Below are positions 1 to 9,618 of a stretch of 20,000 nucleotides of DNA, in pieces. The notes under the pieces were generated by a model. It worked only from the letters and a program-made list of their open reading frames with translations. It was not told the DNA's origin and ran no database searches. Position numbers and translations under genes: made by a program. The stretch is from positions 259,239-279,238 of the forward strand of contig WELB01000030.1 of assembly GCA_009602725.1 (NCBI GenBank), in the 5' to 3' direction. The first letter of the stretch is position 1. Every line of letters starts with the position of its first letter. The stretch comes from Spirogloea muscicola (Eukaryota).

Positions 1-364
1 TTCCAGAACGTTTCTGGACAATGGGGCTTCCTAGCTGGCGGCAGCTCAGCTAGGCGTCAAGTGGCGAGCAAAGCCAGGTCGAGAGACGAGCGCCTGAGCC
101 CACTAGTAGCTCGTTCAGCGGGGGGGCCAAAGGTTGACAAGGGCCCAGGTGGGCTCGCCTGGCCTTGCAGCCGCTGGACCCCAGCCATGGGAAGGCGGCG
201 AGCCGTCACGAGCCAATGGGTTCAGAGAGGCAGCGCAGCCGCAGAGGCCTGGCGGCGGCGGCAATGGCGACGGCGGCGGCGGCAGCGGAGCTAGTTGCCT
301 GGGGGGGGGGAGGAGTGTCAGCTGACGCGGGCTGCACCCACGTCAGCTGACTCGGGGGGGGTGC

Positions 365-1040
365 GAGCCCGGGGCGGGTGGTCGTCACAGCAGGGCCCCG
401 GTGACGCCAGCGGCCCTGGCCCCGCACGTGCTGCCGGCCGGGCTGCCCAGTTTGAACCAATCTGGAGACGCCGTGTGGCAGCCGGGGCCTGCCACTTGCG
501 GGCGGGCCGGGGAAGGCTCCGGCCCGGCGCCCGCCCCCCGTCATTCTGCCCAAACGGCAGCCCCATTGGGGCTCGCCGTTTGGTTCGCCGCCCGGCCAGC
601 TGCCGCTGCGGCCGTTCCTTACCCTGCCGGTTATTCGTTCATCCTATTTCCTGGGCTGGCCCCGCTCTCACCCACCGCCCTCCACTGGAAAGCATCTTCT
701 CCTCTATCAGCTTGCCTTGCTTCTCTCACAGCCATCATCTTGCAATGGCATAGCTGTTTTCTCCGTACCCCGCCCTGGTGCTTGGCAAGCTCCAGGGAGA
801 GGTGGCTACGTCTCACTTTTTAACACGGTGACACAGTTCAAAAGGTATGCGCGCCATGCACCTTCTCTCCGGCTGCAAGCTACTCCGACTTTGCGCTGCT
901 AACTTGGGGTTGTCGAGCGCCCATTCATAGTAGCTTGCATAGCTGTGTTTAAGCGCGTTCCCCAGTCCGACCGTGTGGCACTTTATTTCTCCATTGCGGG
1001 CTGGCCTCCAACAGCCATCGCCTCTATACTGGCAGATCTT
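365..1040 (+). mobile_element. Third stack of decayed retrotransposon 3' ends
   Basis: About 428-515: LPAGLPSLNQSG and HLRAGRG (copy B has LPGGLPGFNAAG and HSRAGRA). About 637-705: UTR-like gttcatcctatttcctgggctggc. About 863-916: PAASYSDFALLTWGC then cga (copy B has PASSYSDLMLLTRGY*). 998-1032: gggctggcct..cagccatcg..tactgg, like the 10080-10115 copy. Confidence 0.62.
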
Positions 1041-1645
1041 CCCACAGACTATCCCGCTCGCAGCTTCTGCCACCCCGAGAATTGGGAAGTGCCCTTTTTC
1101 AACATGTCGAAGCGTCCACCACAAACCTTGAAGCAGGCACAAATTGATGCTCGTCTGCGGGAGCCGGTCTTTTCATGGGGCGCCGCACAGCACCAGGCTC
1201 GATGATATCCCCGCACCACAGTGATCCTACTTGCACACTTACAATTTGCGCCCTCTGCACACCTTGGCCGTGGGTCTTCTGCACCAAGGTCCACAGCATG
1301 TGATAAGAGCATAATGGAGCCATGCTTCTTGAGCTGTGAGTATGTGTACAACATCTGTCTTATTGATCTTAAACTAGCCCTGATGCATTAGCGACCTTAC
1401 ACGAATGAGCACGAATGAATGCACAGTAGTACATGATGTCTTGCACAAATGCATGCTCATTGAGGGATCTAAGCTTAGGCACCTTGGTCTCTCCTGCAGT
1501 TGGTCTTGACAACTGTCATCATCGATGTTGTGTGGAATGACAAGCACACCTGGCCTGCGGCCTACTACTTATCATGGTCTTGTGCCTATCAGATTGTGAA
1601 AGCTCAGCCTCCTCATTTATTGGCTGCCCTGTAGAAATAGAGCTC

Positions 1646-4600
1646 CTAGAAGTGGAGCTCGGCACTAGGAACCTGAAGTGGAGCAAACACCGCCTCCAGG
1701 TCTGCAGCTTCCACATCGTCCAGTGATGCAGGTTGCCACTTTGGTTTCTGCGGGACTACCACAGCTGATGAGTTCCGGTGTGTTGCACTCATCAATGTGC
1801 AAATCGACATCTGACAGTTGAAGGATTTTTAGAGACGAGCTGAGGAATTATGTCAGATCACCTTGGGATATAGTTTGCAATTTTATGCGGATACTTGGAC
1901 CCCTAATACATGTTACAATAATCTACTCTGCCAATACTATTTTTTTAACTCTGTCAGGATACAGTCAATACACAATTCTTACTTGGTCTTTGTCGATCAG
2001 CGCTGCACGGACACCCTCAACGAAGTCTGGCCGCGTGGAGATGCGAGTCGCTAGTCGATATTCCACTTGCATGACCTCCTCTATCTGTGAAACAGGAACA
2101 ATGCATTGAGCGAGCAGAAGAGCTGGCTCAAAGAACTGGCTCCCATGAAGGGTGGTTGTCAACTGCTATTGAGCAGCAAATGTGCTGACAAGCAAGAGGT
2201 GACTGTATGCTATGGAGTCTTGTACATTGAAGACTTCTACAGTAAGAACAACCGCGACAAACCTGAGGAGGGGGGGTGCTTGAGGTACAAGCTGCAAGGT
2301 GCCGCTGTGTAGCTGCTAGGCTGAAGGGGGCTCCTTTTGCCAAGTCTTGCAGGCATTGATGAGCCCATGCAGCCTCTGCTAACAGAGACCCAACTATAAT
2401 CAGATGAGCATGACATGAGTTGCGGTGCTCAAACAGATTGCACATAACAGAGGTCAGGCATCACAGCTTGTGGGAGTGTTAGAGTGCAGCTACATACCTT
2501 CTGGATCATTGGACCTTTCCAGAAGCTGTAAAGATCTAACAATGTCAGCCACTGTCTTATTATCTCCAAAGCAGCGCTCAATCAGGTGCAAACGCCCCTC
2601 AAGAGTAGACTTGTCCTCGGGGGTCTGCTGAAACCTCCCGATGATGGAGTTGACCTCCTCCACAGTTGACCTGCATATATTCCAGGTAATAACTGGATCA
2701 GAAACATACGAGGCGCCAAGATCAACCTGCGGTCTAACAGCACATATGCTTGTTGCATTGCACTCTGTGTGCTGCAGTGTACAACTTTGGTCTGCTGTGA
2801 TACGTGGATAAGTGGAGGGCAAACGAAAGTCTTAGATCAATGTGGCAGGCATTATATATGCAACTTGAGGTGACTTACAGATCCTCTGTTTCCAGTGCAT
2901 CCTGTAGGCTCTTCAGTTGTTCTGATGGGACATAGTGAGTAGCCAGGCCACTGAAGAGCGCATCTGCAGGGTTGCTCAGTCTTGCTCCTGTTAGGGCCAG
3001 GTATGATCCTGCACCAAGGTCCAGGGCAATTTAGAGCTGAGCAAGTCCCTCCACTGCAAAGCACACTCTGAGCATCGACAATTCTGTGATTGGCTCAAGC
3101 CAGAATCTCCTTAGACTTCGTGGGCAGGGCACTCTTGATATAAGCAATATGCAACAGGAGCACTACCGTCCAAGCTCGAGTCATAGAGGCTAAGCAAGAA
3201 ATGCTTGCGGACATGGCCGCACGGCATTCTTGGCGATATTGATGTGCGCTTCAGCACAAATGTAAGTCATTGAAGCCTACCAATGCCTGGCTTGCAAACA
3301 GTGGCCGCAAGGTATGCAAATCCAACATCCGGAAATAGACCAATGCTGTTCTCGGGCATAGCTAAAATTGTCCTCTGCACACAATGTCCAACACGAATCA
3401 AAACTTGCTGAGGCTTTTGACAGCTATTCTGGCAATAAGTAGCTGGTGCTATTTGCTGAGTAACGATGACAGAGTCGCCTGAGAAAGAGCTGATTCTTCT
3501 AAGGTGAGATATCTCAAAGTTGCCTTGATGAGTATACCTCAGTAACAAGCCTGACATGACCATGGCAAGCAATACCAAGGCCAAAGCCCATTGTCACACC
3601 ATCCATGAAGCTTACATACGGCTTCCTGCACCTTGCAATAGCGCAAATCAAGGTGTACTCTGCAGTGAAGACCTGACAGCAACAAAGATGCACACGGGTC
3701 TGTTGTGATCCAAGTATGTTGCGATCACCTCTGCTACATGTCATGTGCCATTGCAGCCTCACTAGTGTTCCATATCCCATTGTGGCTTGTTCCCAGTTAC
3801 TGCAAATACAGTGTGCTTGCTCAAGTATGCAATAAGTACAGCCGCCACAAGTGACTTGCCCAAGCTACTCTTGTTTCCGACCCTTATATTTTTCATTGCC
3901 ACCCGTTTTAAGGATCTGCCGTCATGCTACTACCACCAGCTTCCGAGACTGTACCAAGACCCACAACCTTGCAAGCCAGTGCTGACACTGTCATCTGCTC
4001 GCACCCTGATGTTGTCATCCATTTGACGTCCCCTCCTGCACGACGTACTCTACATGATATACTCAAGTTTCACAGCCATTGCTGCAGCCCGTCCCAAAGC
4101 TGTGGAGCTATCATTGCTTGCAATACATAGACCACCTCGAGGGACTTCCTGAGCCGTGGACGAATATATAATAGCATCTCCTACTTCAGCCAACAATAAC
4201 CTGCTGCACAAGTTCGGTAGTTGGTTCCTGCCGAATAGCAGCTGTGCACCACTTGACATCCATACCTGCACAAAATAAGATAAACCGATCACAATGGGAG
4301 CTGCAATTCGAGTTGTCCACAATTCGCCTGCCAATCCTGTGGCGCAGTGCTGCTCTGACTTGCTCAATTGGTCAACCTGAGGAGAAGGCCCGTGACGTGC
4401 TGCTCTTTATAAGGATCGCTTTGATGCTGCTCGTTGATTGCCAATCGTCCAGTACTTTCTTGAATTCGACATCCATATCTGGCAACAGCAGCAGAGAATA
4501 TCTGTTAGCAGACTCTAGTCAAGGATGACATTTTCATTTCGCCTGAGAAGGGTAAGTAACACGTACAACATAACTTGCTTCGTCAATGGACGCAATCAGC

Positions 4601-5011
4601 CTGCACAACCAACAACGTCTCACCCAAGTTCATTGCATTAAGGGCCTTTGGCCTGTTGAGCGTGATGACGCCGAGGCCATTCGACGAGACTTCAGAGCTA
4701 ACGAGCGGCGCCTCTGTCGAGTCTGCCATTGCTGCTGCGCGCGATAGAGCCACAGGCGCCCTGCTCCGTCGGCCTCTCGAGCTTCTCAACAGGCGCGAAC
4801 CTCCACTATCGATGCAAGCTCGCGTGCTGGCGCAGCGGCTGTGCAGCCAGCTCGCTTGGCGGAGGCGGCAGCCGAGGCTAACGCGATCGGGCGCTGCGCA
4901 ATGCCAAGACAACGGCGTCCAATGGTGAGGAGCAGCGGCGCGGCGGAGGCGAGCGGGGCCTCCGGCGGCGGCGCCACAGTCGCGGGGCGAGCTGAGAAGG
5001 CGGATCTTCAT
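1646..5011 (-). CDS. HIBCH: 3-hydroxyisobutyryl-CoA hydrolase-like protein (crotonase/ECH_2 family) with an N-terminal organellar presequence; 10 exons
   Basis: GT-AG exons in consistent phase: 5011-4624, 4478-4377, 4265-4201, 3672-3538, 3374-3281, 3008-2879, 2670-2498, 2378-2263, 2084-1983, 1747-1646. The joined protein has the family motifs [85 protein letters not shown]. The start may be ATG 5011 or ATG 4729. Confidence 0.93.
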
Positions 5012-5094
5012 CAGCCCCGCGACGGAGTCGCTGCCGCGTGGCTTATCAGGCACAACCTTCGTCACTCCCGTCTCCCAGCCGGCCACTGGCTTCC

Positions 5095-5304
5095 TTTTTG
5101 AAGAGAAGGGCTCGCCCATTGAGGATAGGGGCTGGAACAACCAGCCCGAAAAAGAATGAACAGAGTACGAGAAGGGGGCCAGGGGAAGCGCTAAGTAACA
5201 GAAACAAAGCTGCTACGAGACACTCAGTAACCCCTGCTAAGCAGCCGCAGATCAGAGATGCTGGGCTCCTGGAAGTGGGTCCCCTGGCCAGAGCCAGAGC
5301 CAGA
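5095..5304 (-). mobile_element. 5'-truncated non-LTR retrotransposon 3' end, copy A
   Basis: Minus strand encodes SGSGQGTHFQEPSISDLRLLSRGY* (stop 5226-5224), then a pyrimidine-rich UTR, stem-loop at 5129-5147, TGGGCGAGCCCTTCTCTTC and a short A5 tail. Closely similar to 9323-9497 and 5676-5794. Confidence 0.75.
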
Positions 5305-5678
5305 GGGCCAGCAAAGCCAGCCCAGAAAGAATGGACAATGTCAAAAGCCAAAAAACACAAAAACAATAAACACACAGCTAGGCAGCTAGATTAGAAGACA
5401 CGACGAAATCACAGGAAGCTCAATACCCCCGGGTGAGCAACATCAGGTCGGAGTAGCTCGACGCAGGAAATGATGCATCCAGACGCGACCCAGAAGCAGC
5501 CGCGATAGCGCGGCCCGCACGCGAGTGGACGGCATAGGCGAGGGAGCGTTGGAGGGACACGGAGAGCCGCATCCGGAAGACCTGGGCCAGGGAGCCGGCC
5601 GCGTTGAAGCCGGGCAGCCCCCCTGGCAGACCCGGCCGCCGCTCGATGGCCTGCCGGGCAAGCCGCTGGAGGAGGTCC
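5305..5678 (-). mobile_element. 5'-truncated RLE-type (CRE-like) non-LTR retrotransposon 3' end, copy B
   Basis: Open frame DLLQRLARQAIERRPGLPGGLPGFNAAGSLAQVFRMRLSVSLQRSLAYAVHSRAGRAIAAASGSRLDASFPASSYSDLMLLTRGY* (stop 5422-5420). FRxRLSVxLQR is the typical helix following the restriction-like endonuclease. The UTR ends at a stem-loop variant at 5305-5323. Confidence 0.78.
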
Positions 5679-5794
5679 AGAGGAAGCGCTAAGAAAACAA
5701 AGCACACAAATAAAGAAAGCAGCTGCAAATCACTCAGTAACCCCTGCTAAGCAGCCGCAAATCAGAGAGGCTAGGGTCCTGAAAGTGGGTCCCC
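5676..5794 (-). mobile_element. Non-LTR retrotransposon 3' fragment, copy C
   Basis: GTHFQDPSLSDLRLLSRGY* (stop 5736-5734). 5731-5794 matches 5221-5284 at 59/64 nt, and the UTR matches about 9437-9497. Confidence 0.75.
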
Positions 5795-5845
5795 TTCCTT
5801 TTTGGGCTGGCTTTGCCAGCCACTCTTCTCTATGGGCGAGCACTT
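5795..5845 (+). mobile_element. Inverted terminal 3' UTR fragment of the same family
   Basis: ttcctttttgggctggctttgccagccactcttctctatgggcgagcactt aligns with the reverse complement of about 5107-5157 at about 41/51 nt. Confidence 0.65.
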
Positions 5846-6075
5846 AGTCTTCCGTGGCGGTGCTCCGGCTTCCCAGGTCATGGTTGGCCAGCCCAGCGGA
5901 AGAAGTGAAGTGGCCAGAAAAAGCGCCAAAGCGCACAGCGACTCAAGTGGCCGCTGAGCAAAACCAGCTCTCCCCATTTACGGCAGTGGCTGTGCGAGGC
6001 CAGCCCAGAGAAATTCACAATGTCTGATTTCAGGGGCCAGGTTAGGCTGTCGGACCTGTGCGCGCTCACTCGTGG

Positions 6076-6109
6076 GTACTGAAGCCCCCCTTGTACTGAA
6101 GTCCCCCTT
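6076..6109. repeat. 17-bp tandem duplication
   Basis: gtactgaagcccccctt / gtactgaagtccccctt, one mismatch. Confidence 0.8.
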
Positions 6110-7162
6110 CAGCCTGCTTTCGCACTGCTAGCTTAGCCCCCATTAGCCTAGAGAGAAAGACGCTTCCAGGACAGGGCGGTGCAGGGCATTAGCATTAGGC
6201 ATTAGCATAGAGCTTCGCTTTGTCAGGCCCAAGACTTTGCACTAGCTTTTGCTTGAACAGTGTATTGGCTTGATCCGGCCTCTCGCATAAGTAGCGCACC
6301 GCGTGCCTTCTCTCAGCGGTGCCTAAAATCGCAGGAAAGGTCTGTGACGCTTGAAGAAAAAGGTCTTCCCACGAGGGGGCAATGGCTGTGTAAGGCTAGC
6401 CAAGTCATTTGGTGCCGAGTTGCCTTTACCAGGTTGGAAGCACTAATTTCAACTTGCTAAATGAGGCTGAGCTATGCTGTGTACTCCGTTGTCTCACCCT
6501 TTTGCTCGTTTGACACGGCCGCCTTCATCGGTGATTGCTCAGTCACCTCTACTTATCGATGTGCAGCTGTTACTCTCACCATCGATTTGCTAGCTTGTGT
6601 CAAAGGAAACCTCCACATGCGCCCCAGTTGGAGCAAGCTGATACAAGCAGTAAATTGAGTCACTACGTACTTCCTTTGCCAGAGGAGGCATTAACACTCG
6701 CACTTACTGTGTCCCCCTCAAGCAGCAGTGACACTTCGCCTATGGTGGTAACTCTAACAGTGTCCAATGCCCTGACGTACGGGGCTGGCATTTTCTGTGT
6801 GAGCAAGTTCAGCGGCCCAAACAACCTGCACCTTCCTCAGCCCAGAGGGTTGAAGCACATGACGACTGCTGAACAGGCCAGCCACAGCACCACTGCTCTA
6901 CACTGCGGAACTTCACTGCATCAGCGTGTCGAGCACGCAACATTGGTGGCACGTGCAGATGGGCTTTATATATTGACAGTCAGCGGTACACATGTACATA
7001 AATTACCAGCCTTTTGTAGCTAAGGCCATTACCTACTTGCGGAAACAGCCTCCTACTTAGTAACATGAATGCACTCACACAACCCTTGATATCTTCAGGC
7101 TACCTTCGTCAATCAGTCAGGCCATGAGCCATCAGCTATGAGACAGGCCACAGTTTAGCAAT

Positions 7163-8941
7163 CTATTGACCGGGGGCGAAGTTGGTGGCATAAGCCCAGG
7201 CATTGTTGACGGAGGGGTTCTCAAGGTGGTCAATCAGGTTCTCAAGGGGGCCCTTGCCAGTGACAATAGCCTGCCAAGCCAACAAAGCATTCCACCTGGT
7301 CAATACTGAGCGCCCGCAAATTGCTTACAAACTCCTAAGATATAGTTCCTGCCATGGCAGGCAGTGCACCTTCCAAGGCTGAGATGCTCTCTTGCAGGTG
7401 GCACTACTGCCTTGTCCTATTTTTGACAAGAAGATGCAGATGGCCAGATGTGAAGAACATGCCCACCTGTACGAAGAAACCAAACATGGAGAACATGGCC
7501 AGGCGGCCGTTCTTGATTTCCTTGACCTTCAACTCAGCGAAGGTGTCGGGGTCATCAGCAAAGCCCAGGGGGTCAAAGAACTGGCCACCTGGGTAGGTAT
7601 CACCACCCTCACCAACACCAGGAAGCCCGTTCACACGGTAGGCCTCTGCACCACCCATCAGAACGACCTGCATTGCAACGAAACATGACAATTTGGCAAC
7701 TGCAAACAAAGTGCCCATAGCACATAGAGACCACTGAAGATATTATTCTTGCATAGAGGCTTGCCCTGGCGCGGCCTCCTCCCCCAATCAAAGCAAAAAG
7801 AACTTCCTCCAACAAACGCAAAGAGACCATGTTGCATGCATTACTGGGATGTGTGCAGATTATGCCTGTTGCCTAGTCAGGCAGACGTCTTTAACAAGGA
7901 GATGCCACTACTATGCCACCTTACCTCCACAGCGAGAGTGAGGAGGATGGACTGTGCGTGGATAAGGAGGGGGTTGCCGAGGTAGTTGAGCCCGTCGTCA
8001 GCGAAAATCTGAGCGCCAGCCTTCCACCACACGGGCTCTCCGAATTTGACACCAACCCAGGTGCTCAGGAGCTCCGGGAAGATGCAGCCCAGGGCTCCAA
8101 GCATGGCCCAACGTGCATGAATGAGCTGCACTCAGATTTGCATCAGCTTGCTCAAGGAGTGAGCATGTGTATATCCCACGCTGGACTCAAGATCTACCTT
8201 GGTAAAGCAACAATCAATTGCTATAGCAAGCCTAAGCATGTCTGCACGCCTGTGTCAGGTGACGATTCCGTCAAAGTTGCCGGGAGCTATCCTCGAGCCC
8301 TATCTGTATGGGGAGATGGCAGAGAATCGCAACCATGTGGCACAGAGGCTGCTAGGAGCGTCGTTGAGACAATGCATACCTCAAGCTCACGGTTCCTGGC
8401 AAAGGACTCAGGGTCGGCGGACAGGCCGGCGGTGTCCCAGCCGTAGTCGCCGGGAAACTCGCCCTTGAGGTAAGAAGGAGTCGCCTTGGAGAAGGGTCCG
8501 AGGAACTTGGGGCGATCAGGGCCATACTGGGACAGGTCCAGCTGGAGCAAAGAAACAGAGCACAATGAGTTAGACGCAGTAGCATTGGGACACGCATGGC
8601 ACCGACTCGAGCCCGGAGGCAGTCGGTGGCCGATCATGGAAGCAAGCCATGAGGCTGGCCATGAACTGAGAATGCTTGCGCTCCAAGTGGAGCGCCCCGA
8701 CTGCATTGGCAGGCCGACGACGTCGTCGGCTCTGACACTGGCCAGACCACTGCCTTGGACGACGGAGACGGGCATGAGAGGCCTTGCGCGGCTCGCTCAC
8801 CATGGTAACGCGGGCCTGCGCCACGCCGACCTTGGCGCGGAGCGCGTTCTGCGCGGGCGCGGTGCCCGCCAGGAAGGCGGACCGCGGCGCAGCGGCGGCG
8901 GCTGCGCCGCGGACGGCCTGCATGGCGGCGGCGGCGGCCAT
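7163..8941 (-). CDS. LHCB3: Light-harvesting chlorophyll a/b-binding protein of PSII, Lhcb3-type; 5 exons
   Basis: Exons 8941-8801 (transit peptide [11 protein letters not shown]...ARVTM), 8541-8380, 8125-7925, 7667-7467, 7270-7163, all phase 0. Motifs [75 protein letters not shown]. Lhcb3-like traits: short N-terminus, [34 protein letters not shown] family is secure; the Lhcb3 subtype is less so. Confidence 0.92.
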
Positions 8942-9086
8942 GGCGCGGCGGTGGTGGTAGCGGCGACGGCGGAGCTGCTGGGGAACGCGAGATGAAGAAG
9001 AATATGGAAACCACGCACTTGCTCCCAAGCTCCCCGGCCAGGGGGGGGCTTGGCCAGGGGAGGGCGGGGGGGGGCCTATGATCGAC

Positions 9087-9094
9087 TTTAATAC
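9087..9094 (-). promoter_or_regulatory. Possible TATA-like box of the Lhcb3 gene
   Basis: The minus strand reads TATTAAAG about 150 bp upstream of the ATG, within a GC-rich context. Confidence 0.3.
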
Positions 9095-9322
9095 GGCTAC
9101 GACGTATGGTCGCTACGGGTACGGGTTTAACTTTCTGCCGGCGGTATTAAGCCACCGATCTGTCGTCCGCCCGGGCCGCCAGCGTGGCGGGTCGGCGGCC
9201 AATGGCGACAGGGCGACATCCGGAGCGCGTGGATAGTGGGCTCCTCGCACGCGGCGGTCGAGCAGTGGCCTCGGGGCAAGCCCGCGGCAGGGGCCCGCCA
9301 TGGCTGCTCGCCGCTCTTCAGC

Positions 9323-9615
9323 AGAGAAGGGCTCGCCCATAGAGAAAGAAGAAAGGGCTCGCCCATTGAGGATAGGGGCTGGACAAGCCAGCCCAAAAAA
9401 GAATGAACAAAGAACGAGAAGGGGGCCAGAGGAAGCCAGAGGAAGCGCTAAGAAACCAAAGCACACAAAGAAAGAAAGCAGCTACAAATTACTCAGTCCA
9501 TAGAGAAAGGGGCTCGCCCCTAGAGGATACGGGCTGGACAAGCCAGCCCAAATAAGAGAGAAAGCGCGCGGTGCGCATGACTTGGCTCCTGGAAGCGAGT
9601 CCCCTGACCAGGGCT
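9323..9615 (-). mobile_element. Young stack of retrotransposon 3' ends upstream of Lhcb3
   Basis: 9323-9497 is a full UTR from the stop (9495-9493) with a stem-loop at 9376-9394 and a duplicated TGGGCGAGCCCTT. 9498-9578 is a second terminus with a stem-loop at 9531-9549. 9579-9615 is the ORF piece SPGQGTRFQEPS. Confidence 0.78.
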
Positions 9616-9618
9616 TTA

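Noticed and set aside
5105..5845. MITE or Pack-type DNA transposon with about 50-bp TIRs and a captured gene fragment
   Set aside because: The apparent TIR is the retroelement 3' terminus, which occurs unpaired elsewhere. No TSD is visible, and the internal ORF is the element's own C-terminus.
6461..7023. 162-aa and 65-aa + strand ORFs
   Set aside because: No recognisable motif or splice structure; more likely decayed repeat and Lhcb3 3' flank.
8680..8700. Micro-exon SGRSTW that would restore the Trp of WYGPDR
   Set aside because: No GT or GC donor follows the Trp codon directly.
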